Source of the DNA: Isurus oxyrinchus
Taxonomy: Eukaryota
NCBI GenBank assembly: GCA_026770705.1
Contig: JANJGN010000002.1
Coordinates: 236,964,001 to 237,028,000, forward strand
Length of the DNA stretch: 64,000 bases
Direction: 5' to 3'
The notes beneath the pieces are model-generated. The model was not told the DNA's origin and did not search any database. It was given only the letters and a program-made list of their open reading frames with translations. Shown piece after piece: positions 13,501 to 26,900 of the stretch (positions within the stretch are counted from its first letter, which is position 1; every line of letters begins with the position of its first letter). A program made the position numbers and the translations under genes.

Positions 13501-14865
13501 AGAGAGGGAAGCAAGTATCAAACGATCAAATGCGAAGCTCTTCTTTATTTTTACAAATTGTCTTGCTGTTCTGGATTTCTTCAAATTTCATCTCTTTTTT
13601 TTTAATATGTTCTAGGCCTGTTGTTGCATTGCTGTCAATTACCGTTGTTAGCGATGAAATATTTTGTCATAATTTGCTTCTCAAATCAACCATGTTCTCG
13701 AATACTGAACAAGATGTATCATTGGTTTATTAAGTATTAACTGCCAAATTTACACATTTCAGTTAGCTCGTCCTCAGTGCAAACATCTTTATTTTATATA
13801 ATTACATACATGTTTAAATACAGCTTGATTAAAATAATTTGCTTGACATGCCTTATCAATAATTTTTGGTTACTAACTCAACCCTACAAATTCAGTTTCC
13901 GCCCATGTCCTTTAGTTTCTTATCTCAGCTCGAGTTGTATGTTTGAAGCGTAAGTATGCCATTCCACGAACTGTAATTTTAATTATAAGTTTTGTGTTCC
14001 TTCAGTGTCACTCAGTAACAACCATTGACTTGCATCAATGTAAACTGCAATTGAAAAGGTTGATGTAAAGGCAGAAGTTTTCTACATTCAAAGCTTCTTA
14101 TCCTGGATATGCCTGAAATTCAGTCAAACTCTCAGATGTATTAGAACTGTATTGATTTAGGGATTATTTATTACACAAATCCCTGCTTTATCAGAAATTA
14201 GATTTATTAACTGATTGACAAGCCAAAAAGTTAAATATCTGTAATGTATAAGAAAGATTGATAGATCACTCTACAGTGTGCAGCTGAAAATCACACGATA
14301 TTCTCAGTACAAAGGTTCATACCCCATTTATTGGTTCATTCATCAATCTTTGTTATAACTCTCTACATTTATTATGGCACAACCATATAGGTCATCCCAG
14401 TGGCAATGAATCATCAGCCTCATCACTTTCATGCAAAGTAGAATCTAATGGCTATGAAGAAATTTATAGTCAAATGTAATTCATTGAGTCACACACGCGC
14501 AATAGCAAAGATAGGAAATCTTCCAGATGTGTATGAATAAGCATTTCCAAAGCAAACGACCATGGCATGAAATTGCAGTGTCCAAAATAACAACAAAATA
14601 AAGTGAAATCCCAACTAAATCTATTCTGGCTTTGAATTAGGGGACTGAAACCAAAGAATACACTAATCTATCATTCAATTCACAACAAAAGTTTTCCTCT
14701 TTCGTTCCAACAAATTGTCATTCCTCAGGACTGCTAAATTGGCTGGATTCAATTTTTTCGATTTTCACGATTACAACTTCTTTCAAATCAATATAAAAAA
14801 CGTAATTCAAACATGCAGGAGAGAGTGAAACCAACTCCCGTCGAGCAACTCAAGCAGAATAGTCG

Positions 14866-14939
14866 TCATTGCTCCATATCACATGATTGAACATCATCAT
14901 ATTCTCTTCTGGGTTCAGCATCACATGATGAAAATGAAC
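14866..14939 (-). CDS. Terminal coding exon ([24 protein letters not shown])
   Basis: TCCTTTTTAG| acceptor, YDDV motif, TGA at 14868-14866, AT-rich downstream region with several AATAAA on the minus strand. Confidence 0.8.
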
Positions 14940-17900
14940 CTAAAAAGGACAATAGGCATATTAAGCTGCTTATGCTCAAGGTAGACACCAAAATAATGAG
15001 TGCAATTTTCAGTGAAATTGTTTGAGAATCTATTGTGTTGCTATTATGATCCTTGTACAGACCCCAGGTCATGCGGGGAGGTTCTGCAAGTGATAAATAA
15101 CATTGTGTGAAAAGTGGATAAGTCGTCATATTCAAAATGCTTACCAACTGAATAATGCCACAAGATTCCACAGGTTTGGAAGAAACAGAAATAAAGCTTA
15201 TTAAAGGTTCAGAAAGATAAAATAGAATATCTAGCTAATACTGGAACATTCAAGGTACATGTGAATTAAAAGGCAAGATATGCTCGAACACACTGCATGA
15301 TAACATAAATGACAGACGTGGCCAAAACTGATTCCGTGGAATTCCCAACACCCCACCCATTAAGGAACTACATTGTGAGCCAACCAAACTCACTGACACT
15401 TCGTTTTTCTCATGAGAGCTTCCAATCACCACACTAAAAGATTGTGCCTTTGTATAATCTCGAAAAACCTTTCCCAGTCAGCTGGCCCACCTCTCAGGGT
15501 TTCAGTCTTGCCTTCCGAGAACTCTTTTCCCTAGATCTCTGAGTACACTCAAGATACACTTCAAAGCTCAACATTAGATCTTCAGCCCTGCCATTATCAA
15601 TAGCTTGGCTCCAAAGGGTTACCTTTTCCCAACGGCCCACAGCATAGAGTCGCCAAATTTTGGGTGCCTTTGTGGATCTTCCAGGCTTCTCTCGAGCACA
15701 ATTCGATTAAAGCCTGCTAACTGCAGCCCGTTCTTCTAATTTGTGCGATCTCTACGCACGCTCATTTTAACTTTGCAGGATTTATATCTGTCACCTGAGT
15801 TTTATCCCTTGCCTTGGACTTCCTTTGCGGACCTCTTCCTGTCCCCATTCCAGTTTTGGGACCTCTACCTGCCCCCACCAACCCCCCTAACCACATTCCA
15901 CCACCCCACCACCCCATCCCGCGCCTTCTCCCCCTTCCCCCCATGTGCCGACCACTGGAACACTCAATCAAAAATGACATTCCATTCCCGGAAATCAGGC
16001 CTGCCCTTGCGGGCCTTCTTTCTTCCTTCTGCTGAAGCACGCATGGCCTCAAAGACAGTGCATAAAATAAGCAAATTGCACAAACTGGCCAGCTCCCAGT
16101 CACCACATGTGTGAAAGGCCCACGGGAATCATTGAGAATCGGAATTCCCACCCTCCAAACAGAGCAACTTAAGTACAGGTTTCATCTTAACATTCGATCC
16201 ATGTCAGCATTCTTAATATCCATTCATCTATCACTCACTAGACAAAGGGTTGAAATTATTTCAATTGAAAGCCGTATTCCCTGTTTAATGTTGACCCCAA
16301 TAAAACGTATGAAAAACATCAGGTTGAAGATTCTTTATGGCGGATCATGGGTGTAATTTATGAGAAAACGCATATTTTGCAATGTCATTATGCAAAATTC
16401 ACTATTTTGGTATGTCAGAATGCCACTGCGTTACCGATGACTGCTGCTTAATGGCTCATGCTGCAAAAGAAATGCAAAGGGCGCTTGACCTCTTCAACAC
16501 CACGTACAAGTGGCTTAGCTTATCCTTAAACATCAGCAAAGTGGAGGACCCTCGCCACCCTTCATTGGGCCAGTTGCGCATCCCGGCACCAGTTACATAG
16601 TTGGCGGGGTTCTGGAGTATGCGCGCTGCTTACCTTATCTCAGCAGCCAACTCACTCAAGGGGCTTGTATTGATGAGGAAGTCCAATTCTGAATCAACTG
16701 TGCCGGTGCTCCCTTCTTTAAGCTGCGCCAACATGTTGTTGACAACAAGGACCTTTGGAATTCAACTGAGATTCTGGTTTATCAGGCTGTTGGGTTAACC
16801 ACCCTCCTCCACTGCAGCAAAACTTGCCACATTAAGGACCACCAGCGCTACCATCAGCTTTGTTTGCAGGGAATACTTGATCAAATAGGCGGGCTGCTGG
16901 ACCAGCATGAGCGTCCTCAATGAAGCTCAGTCTACCAGCATTAAAACCCTGCTCTTGCGGAACCAAATCCGATGGATGGGTCATTGCATCCGAATGCCCG
17001 AAAACCACCTCCATCAGCAAATTCTCTTCTCTCAGATCTCCATTGGCCAATTTTCAAAGGGTGACCAGAGGAAATGTATAAGGATGTGCTCAAGGTCGCC
17101 CTAAAGCACGGAGGCATTAATACCACTGGCTGGGAGGAGAATGCTGCCAATCACTGAGCATGGCACCACTTGATCCATCAAGGCACAAGCCACTTGGAAG
17201 CTCATCCCCTGCACATTGAGGTGGAATGGTGGCAGCAGTGGAAGAAGAGGGAAAGCAAGCCGGGCTGCGTTTTCCAATCCACTGTGCAACAACGTGCTCC
17301 CACTTTGGAAGAAGTTGTGGATCTAGAATGGGCTCCTCAGCCATTTGAAGTCTCACAAAGCCTGACATACACCATCCTCGATTCTGAAGTACAGCCGATG
17401 ACTGCCGATCCTGCAATTTCTATAAGGTGTAGTTGAAAAGCTTTAATTTGTATTGAGCACAGGTGCAGGAGTTCTTTATGATGCCAACCTTTCATATCCC
17501 CTATCAATTCTAACAGTCGAGCATAAATGTACTCAGAGTTTTGATCTGATATGGACACAGTGTTGTTGCTCTTTTGTTTATTCTTTGGCAAACGTCTGGA
17601 TGGTGTTCACAAATCCTCTTATCTAAACAAACTGTTAAGTAACGATTATTTAGTCTGAGAGTACCCAATTACCAAGAAGTGAACTTAGGGGCCTCCCATC
17701 GCAGCGCATACAGGTATCGGTTAAAATATTTTTCTCCTGACTGCTTATGATCACAAATAAAGGTTGCAACAATCCTAAAATGATGAAATCGTTGGGCGTC
17801 AGTTGGAAAGAACTGGTCAGAATTAAACTATACATTTTGCATGGAGTTCGTGTTAATGATATGACTCCGAACTAAAAACCAGTCTAATGATAGATTATTG

Positions 17901-20900
17901 TGTATTTTCAAAGTAAGCCAATCTACAAAGGTGTTGGCTTATTTTATCTGCTTCTGCATCGCGAGGTGGGGACGAGATGGCATGTGGCAGAGTCTCAGGT
18001 TGGCCTACCTTGCATATTTATATCTTCACATTCATGTAAATCGCTGCCTGTATAATATTGCAACTTCTCCAGTGAATCATCGGATGGGAAGTCTATAAAT
18101 GAAACACATTCCAAACTTAAAATGCAAATCTCATTTAAATTTAATGGTTCAATTTAATCAAAGGTTCAAAATAATTACCTGGGCCTGTACCAATCTCTTG
18201 AATGTCAACCTCTTCATAAACAGGGTCAGTTAATCCAGCGTTAAAATTTTGTCTGTTTCCGTTGCCTGTAATAATAAGAACTCAGAAACATCGAAACAGA
18301 AAATATGAGCAGGAGTAGGTCATTCGGTCCCTTGACCCTGCTCTGCGATTCAATGTGATCATGGCTGATCCTCTATTTCAATGTGATACACCTGCGCTCT
18401 TCCCTGTCCCTTAATGTCTTTAGAGTCCAGAAATCTATCGATTTCCTTCTTCAATATATTCAATGACTTGGCCCCCAGAGTCTTCTGTGGTACAGGATTC
18501 CACAGGTTTACCGCACTCTGAGAGAAGAAGTTGCTCCTCATCTCAGTCTCTAGTGGCCTACCCCGTACCGGGGTATTATAGACATGGAATTTTGTGGAGG
18601 AGCAACCATCAAATGTTGCATATTTGGATCTCATTCCCCCTTTCTGTTTCCACCTCTCCTTCTTGCTTTCTAAAAGCCACCCATATCAGAAATCCCATAG
18701 ACCCTCTCCTTTTCCATTACCCTGCCCCTGAAGAGCACTGCACACTCATATATATGCTTATGCAGCAAGTGCAGCTCTGAGGCTAGGAATCATGCGAAGG
18801 GTAATGCGCCTACTGACTCACCAAAGGCTATCCACCATCTACAAGGCACAAGTCAAGTGTGTGATGGAATACTCTCCACTTGTCTGGATGAGTGCAGCAC
18901 CCAAAACACTCAAGGAGCTTTACACCGCCTTGGAAAAAGCAGCCCACTTGATTGGCACCACGTCCACAAATATTCACTCCCTCCACCACCGGTGCAAAGT
19001 AGCAAAGATGTGCACCATTTACAAGATGGGCACAGGAATTCACCAAGGCTCCTTAGACTGCTCATTCGAAAGCCAATAGGACTACCATATAGAACGAAAA
19101 GGGCAGCAGATAGATGGGAACGTCAACACTTGGAAGTTCCACTCCAAAACAGTCACCATCCTGACTTGTAAAAGTATCGCTGTTCCTTCACTGTCGCCAA
19201 GGCAAAATCCTGGAACTTCCTTCCCAATATAACCTACACCACATGTTTTGCAGCGGTTCAAGAAGGCAGCTCACCACCACCTTCTCAATGGTCACTGGGA
19301 ATGGGCATAAATGCTAGCTCAGCCAGCGAAGCCCACCTACTTTGAATGAATAAAAAATTATATATTCCTAATCTTGCTCAATAGGGTGAGTGGCACTGCC
19401 TGAGTGCATTGCCGGTGAAGGATCAGCACCTGGCTCGATCTTGCCTCTGGAAGTATGGCTCAGACAGGTGACAGGGCTTAAGATTCCTCTCAGTATACTC
19501 CTGGCTTTGGGACTCTAGGTCCTCCGGCATTTTTGTTTCGAGAGGCCAAATACTGAATATGCTGCCCATAGAACCATTTGCTCTCCTCATTATCACAAAT
19601 CCGGCCTCAACATCACTGGACCCTCCCGTTCACAAGAGATTCCTGGTATGTCCACCATTGCCAACATCTTGTCTATATATAATCGTCTTGGCAATCAAGT
19701 GAATTTGTTTCAGTGGATGCCATGGTCGCACTTCGACCATGAAAGAACAAATGAATTGATGCAATTTTTTCGGTGCAGCTCCAGCTTTCGTGTAGATTAA
19801 AATGTTCTGCAAATTCTAAGGCAAGAGTTTGAGTGGGGGGAATAACATTAAGGATCTTCTTCAATTTTGTTTGCAATGGATCGAATTTTAAAATGTCTTG
19901 CACGCTAAGAAGAAATATATCATTCCTTTAATATTGCAGAGAATCGGGGCTCTCTCTGGATGCCAGTGTCAGTGATTTTCATAAGCAGAAGTTAGATTGA
20001 TTTGAGTTATTCTCCCACAAAGCCGACCCATGCAATATTATGCATTTATAGTTATATCTTTCTAAGTGTATTGTGCTTTCCACAAATTCTCAGCTGATTC
20101 AAAAAACACTAAACACTCATGAGAACACGATAAAATCATAGGGAGCCAAGAAGGAGGTGGTTCGGTCCCTCGCACGTGTCATCCAGAAACCAGCTATAAA
20201 GCCAAATCCCACTTCACAGCAATATGCAAATTTTGTAGGCTGTGACATTTCAAGTGCATATCGAAATACTTTTTAAATGCCCTTACCACACTTTCAGAAC
20301 AACCCAAACGTGAAACACCTAACTCTCTGAGCAAAAATCCTTCACCTCAAATTCACTCTAATCGTTCCACTAATTATTTAATTTATGCCCTTGGCTATTG
20401 ACTTCCGAGATAAACGAAATTGGACCCTCCTATCCACTCTAACTCCACCCCTCATTAAAATATAAAATTCAACCGAATCTCCTTTAAGCCTCCTCTATTC
20501 CAAAGTAAACAATCCTACCCTATCCAATCTCTCCTACAAACTAAAATTCTCCAGTCCGGGGAAATCCACATACGAACCCTTCTAATCTAATGCGATCACA
20601 TCCGTCCTCTAATACGGTCGGCAAAACTACAAATGACCTGTACGAACTGCAGAGCATTAACATGAGCAGGAATAGAACTCGCCATTTACGGTCCAGAGCT
20701 CATAATTCTTCATTAACCAACCTTTCTGGAAGCTTTTCCGCAATTCTGCCGCAAAGGCAATTGATACAGTAACGAAAAGGATAACCAAAATGCAAGGGAT
20801 CATGAAAACGGAGAGTTTCTGCAGTTTGGAAGGCGCCGTGTACTGACGATGTCCTGTAAGCAAAAGTTTTACATATTAACACTGTCAACCTCTGCCCCTC

Positions 20901-23900
20901 GCATTTCATTCATTCGCGGATACAGCCTCTTGATCGAAGTGAAACATTTATGGTTCCAATGGGCAATAAACACATTACCTGACAATGGCTCTGTTATTTA
21001 CTTTACAGTATTATTAATTTAAATAACATTTTTTTTCAGCTCAGCTAAGGAATTCAATTTGAATCTTGCCCTCTCTACCTTGTCACCGTCTTCAATCTCA
21101 GACTGGCATTAACCATTAATTTCATTGGCTGTGTAGAAATGTTTCAGTTCTGCACACCCATTGGACTGTGGCACAAATGGGAAAATAATGTAAATATCAG
21201 TGCCAATAATATGAAGAAACAAAAGTATACACAAGTTTAATGAGGAAACCAAGTTAGTTGCCAAAGCACAAATTGCAGATGGGGTAAGAAAGTTGGAAAT
21301 CGTCATTGACAGATTAACTGAATGATCAGAGCTGTGGGAAATCGAGCTCGAAACATTTCATTCAGTCATGGAACGGGCGCATCCCTGGCTTGGCCAGCAT
21401 TTATAGCCCATTGCTAATTGCTCTGAGACCTCGATATTTACAATCTTTACTAATGACTGGGATGAAGGCATAGAGAGAAATGTATCTATGTTTGCTGATG
21501 ATACCAAGATAGGTGGAAAGGTAAGCTGTGGGCAGGACAGAGAGACTGTAAAGAGATAGAGGGTATCCACAGGTTAGAAGAGTGAGTTACAAGATTGCAG
21601 ATGGAATATAATATAAGGAAATGTGAAGTTATTCACCTTACCCGTAAGAATATAGAAGCAGAATATGTTTCAACAGTTGAGGAACTTGTAAGTGTGGAAG
21701 TTCAGAGAAACTTGGGAAGGCCCATACAACAGGTATAGAAAGCTAGCATGCAGTAGCGTCAAGCAAATAGAAACACAAAAGGAATTATTGACTTTATGTA
21801 CAATAATTAAAAAGTCTTACTACAGTTATACAGGGATTTGGTGAGCCCACCTGTGCAATACTGTGTACATTTTTTTTGTTTCCATGTTTAAGAAAGGATA
21901 AGCTTGCATTGGCGCGGTGTGGTGATGTTCCACTACATTTGTCCCTGCAATGAAGGTTTAGTCTAATGTCGAAAGTCTGAGTAACTTGGGCTTATATTTT
22001 CTGGAGTTTAAAAAAAATGTGAGGTGGTTTCATTGAACCCTTCAAAATTCTGGAGGCGGTTGACAGGATGGAAGCTGAGAGATTATTTCTGCTGGTCGGG
22101 GAATCAAAAACACGGGGGCACAGTTTCAGGATCAGGGGGCAATCATTAAGGACTGAAATGAGAATAAATTGCTTTACTTAAAAAGTCACGAATCTTTAGA
22201 ATTCTCTACACCAGGGGGCTGTGGATGCTCCGTCTTTGAATATATGTAAGGCTAGGGTAGATAGATTTAGGATCTCTCATGAAATTAAGAGATATGGCAA
22301 AGAGTGAGCAAATAGAGTTGAAGACAAGATCAGCCAGGATCGTACTGAACGTTGGAGCGAGCTCGATGGGTGGGGTGGTCTTCTCCCTCTCCAAATGTGT
22401 TCTTTTGAGAAAGTGTTGGTGAGTTCCCTTCTTGAACCGCTGCAGCCTCTATGCATCAGGCACATGCACAGTGCTGTTAGGAAATAGGTTCCTGGATTTT
22501 GTTGCAGCAAAAGTGACATTGCTCCAATTCAGGAAGGTTTGGAAGGCAAATTGCAACTGTTGGTCTATCCCGTGTTTCTGGTACCCTTGAGTTCCTAGCT
22601 CGTAGGGGCTTTGGAAGGGGGATTTGGAGAAGCCTAGGTGAGTCCCTGGTTTGTATGCTATAGACGGTACACACTGCTTGCACTGTGCATTCGTGGTGGA
22701 AGTAGTGAACGTTTTTGGTGATGGATCTATGCCAATCATGCAGGCTGCATTGCTTGAATTGTGCCCAGCTTCATTAGTGTTGTTAGCGTTGCACAAATCT
22801 CGCGAAGTGGAGAGAATTCCATGGCAATCCTAATTTATGCCTTGTGGATGATGAAAAGGCTTTGGCGTTTCAGGAGGTGAGTTACTCATCGCAGAATTCA
22901 CAGTTTCTGAACTGCACCTGTATCCACAGTACTTTAATGCTTGGTTCAGTTCATTTTCTGGACAATGGCAAGCCCACGATACTAATATTTGGAGACTCAG
23001 TGATGACAATGCCATTGAATGGCCAGGAGAGATAGTTAGATTTCATCTTCTTGGAGATCGTCATTGACTGGCACTTTTGTGGTGTGAATGTTATTTCCCA
23101 CTTATTAGGCCAAACATGAATTTTGTCCATTTCTGTTGCATATGGTGATGAATTCATTTGGTATCAAAGAAGTCACGAATTGTGCTCAACAATGTGTGTC
23201 ATCAGCAGACATAACTTCCTCTGACCTTATGATCCATGGAAGTTCATTGATGAAGCACCTAAATATCGTGGGTTCTAAGGCACTACCCTGATGAACTCCT
23301 GCACTGATGTCCCGGGGCTGAGATGATTGACCTCAAACAAACACGACTACCTTCCTCTTTGCTATGTAATACTCCAACTAGTGGAGAAATCCACCCCAGG
23401 TTTCCTTTGGTTCCAGTTTCCGAGGGCTCCTTGATGCCACACTCGGTCAAATGCGGCCCTGGTATCAAGGGCAGTCATTTTGATCTCACCTGTTGAGCTC
23501 AGCTTTTTTGTCCATGTTTGGCACAAGGCTGTAATGAGGTCAGGAGCTGATTGGCCCTGGCAGAACCCAATCTCAGCATCAGTAAAGACTGTGGGGAAAT
23601 ATGAAGTGATTAGCTTTGGACTTATGCCTAATAGATCAGAGTATTTACTAAATGATGAGAAGGAAGGAGCTGTGCTGAAAAAGTGTTTTAGTATCCAATT
23701 ACAAGACTCACTAAAAACCAGTGGGCAGCACCAAAAGGTGATGAATGGCAGCCCAGATCTGAAGAGCTGCATAGGCTACTCATCTTGTTCTGATCGTTCC
23801 GGTGGAGTGGGGGCGCATTGAGGGTGAATTATATCAACGTTACACGTTTTACATGTGCAAACAGATCTAGATTTTCTTCAACAGGTGACGTCATCGGAGA

Positions 23901-26900
23901 CGAATCGCACTTTCAGAAGGTTAAGGCTTTCGATATTAAAAAAAGTGCCGCCCACAAGACTGGCGTGTTTACAAAACTAAACATGTATTTTTTTTAAAAA
24001 ACTAAAAATTAACCGGCGTTCTAGGGTTGTCCCCTTAAGGCTCTGTCCACTGCGGATTATAAGCAGCAAACCTTGCTCTTATATAGCACATTTAACGTCG
24101 TGTAAACGCCCCAGCGGCAATTCGCATTAACATTCGCAGAGAACATTTGGCAAAGAACCACAGATAGAGATATTAGGGCAGATGACAAAATGCATCAGCA
24201 AACAGGTAGACTTTAAGGCACAATTTAAGAGAGGGTAGAGAGCTTAAGCGGTGGAGGTGGTTAGGGATGGAATTCCTGAGCCTAGCGCCCAAGGAGAAGA
24301 AGACACCAATGCAACAGCGAAACCATTACATTCAGTGTTGCACAAAAGTCCAGAAATGGAGAATTCTCGAAGGCTCTACGGCAAAACTTGGACACAGTGA
24401 TATGTTGGGGTGAGGCCATGAGGGGCTTTGAAGGTGACGGTAAGTGCTGTAAAATCAAAGTTCAATTTAAAACCGCGTACCAGAACATATCACTTTGACG
24501 TCTTCTTTATGTTCACAGTCATGATCGCCCATTGCTGAAAATTGGCAGTCCCACAGGAAGCGCTCACTCCCCTTGCACTTAACGTCGTCCATCCAAATTG
24601 TGTCATTTGCTGGGCCGAATAACGTCTCTCCCGGGGACCACACTGGGTCACCACAGTTTAGTTGTCTACAGACAACAGTAGCATCGTGCCTATCCCAGGA
24701 ATCATCGCAAACCGTTCCCCATGTACCACTGAAGAAAATTTCAACTCTTCCAGAGCAATTGTTGAATCCTGCAGCCAGCCGTAACTCTGCAGTAAAAGAT
24801 AGCATCTGAGAACTGAGCACGTTTACTTGTAATTAGGTACATTTTTTTTTATTTGCCCAGAACTGAATTCCAACCCATTGCACTACTGTTGTACAACACT
24901 CACGTTAAAGACCTTGGGATTCACACGGGCCCAGGACACTCTGCTGGGATGAATAAAGCTAAACTAATTGCCCAAAATAGAAAACACAAGTTAACTATTC
25001 ACTCTCCTGATTAACGGTGTTTAACAGGATGACTGAAGAACTTCGGAATGTAACCAAATTTATTGAAACTCATTCTACTGACAGGCAGTTGAAATCCTGA
25101 CAGATATCGAAGGACAGTTCTTACGCTTCACATGTTGTGCCATAATTCATAAGAGAAAATTCGAATGGTCCCCGACAGAGGGCATTGCCCAAAATCCAGT
25201 GTTGAATGCAGAGTTGATGCAATCTTTGGGAAAACTGGCTCTCTGCTCGATGGATCTGATTCATTAACCTCCCGTTCTAAACATTGTGTCCAGGGAACCA
25301 CGCCTTCAACATTTGTCACTGGTTAGCAATAACGAATTACGAAGTCTTCAATGATATCTTACTCTGGCTACTCTCAAAATCACGCATATTGTCAATGATG
25401 GAAGCTGCTGCTAGATAGACAATCCAGGAATCCGCTGCCCTTTAAATGGTCAAGTGCATCTACATACGATTTTTAATATTACATACACAAAGGAAAACAT
25501 CAGAATCATATCCTACGATTTTTATTTACGATCGTTAACAATAATTACCGACACGGCCTGAAACTGGTCCCATATTTATTTTCTTCGTATTTGCCTCATG
25601 GTGACTTTCCAGTGGATTAGTTTCTGGGGGAAAAAATCCATTATTTCAAAAACAGCATATTTAATTAGCGTCTTCAGTGTCACGAAGCGCCTCACGGTAG
25701 CATTAGAAAACAAGGCATCACACGAAGATACATAAGGGGATATTAGGTGAGATGACCAGCAGCATGTTCAACGAGCCAGGTTTTCAGGAATCTCATACAA
25801 CTGGAACAGTAAGTAGAGAAACGGAGAGGTGCAGAGGGAGAATTACAGAGATTGGGGCCTGGGCAGCTGACGACATGTCCAATGGTGGCTTAATTATGGG
25901 CAGGAATGCGCAAGAGCCCCGAATCAGAGAATATCAGGTTTATTGGAGAGTTGTCGGGTTGGAGGAGTTTGCAGGGAGAAGGAGAAATACACCCCTTGAG
26001 GGACTTGAAAACAAGGATGAGAATTTCAAACTCAAGATTTTGCTTGATCAGCTGTCAATGTGTATCACCGAGCACAGTGTGATAGGTGAAAGGGACTCAG
26101 CGCGAGTTAAGACACAATCTTTGAAACACTGAAACATCGATGAAACATTCCAAAGAAATTAGTTCCATTTGTCGTTGATACCTGAGCAAATGACTCCTAC
26201 ATCCTCCCGGTGGTCACAATTATGTTCACCCCATGGTGAAGATGGACATTCCCATAACAATGAATCTTGTAAACGACAGTTCACCTCATCAAGCCAGATG
26301 TGTCCAAAACCCATTCCAAATGTGACACTGTTTTCCACAGATCGAGCCGATCCGCAGCTGAGCTGCTTACAAACGACTTCAGCATCCACCATTCCAAACG
26401 AATCAGCACAAACAGTCCCCCAGGTAGCATTATACAAAACCTCAATTCTGCCCTGACAGGGATTCGGTCCATCCTGCAGCCTTACAGACCTGTGCTCTGC
26501 AAAACAAAATTGAAATTTATTCTTCATTTCAGTTCAGTCCTACGGCAGTAAATGTAGGAAAAGAAGATCAGGCTTTCTGCTTTGAAAGGACGTTAACGTT
26601 ATTAGATCCCTTATTACAGAACACCCAGAAGGCAAAATACTCGAAAGGAAGGAACTTAAGAGACACTCCGCTGTTTCTTGCCGGCTCATTCTACATTACT
26701 CTGTTTTGTGAGTAAACTAAAGGACGTGCTTATTGGTTACCGAAATCAGTGAGGAATTAATTGTCAAACTGCACGATTACCATGGCTACAAGTAATTTGC
26801 TCACACCCTAAATTTGATAAAAAAAATTCTCCTCAACAAGTGAAGAAGTCCGAGTGTTTGAAAGTGCATCTCACCCGAGCAGATAACTCCAGCATCTTCT

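Noticed and set aside
15250-15432. ORF with a GTGAGT donor-like site in the last intron
   Set aside because: Acceptor and donor phases (2/0) are incompatible with the phase-1 gene.
19673-19903. Minus-strand ORF between the TM and tail exons
   Set aside because: No convincing phase-1 splice pair and no motif; the tail is already complete without it.
25128-25276. Possible linker exon [14 protein letters not shown]… after a TGTTTAG acceptor
   Set aside because: No phase-1 GT donor before the in-frame stop; at most an alternative terminal (secreted-form) exon with no support.
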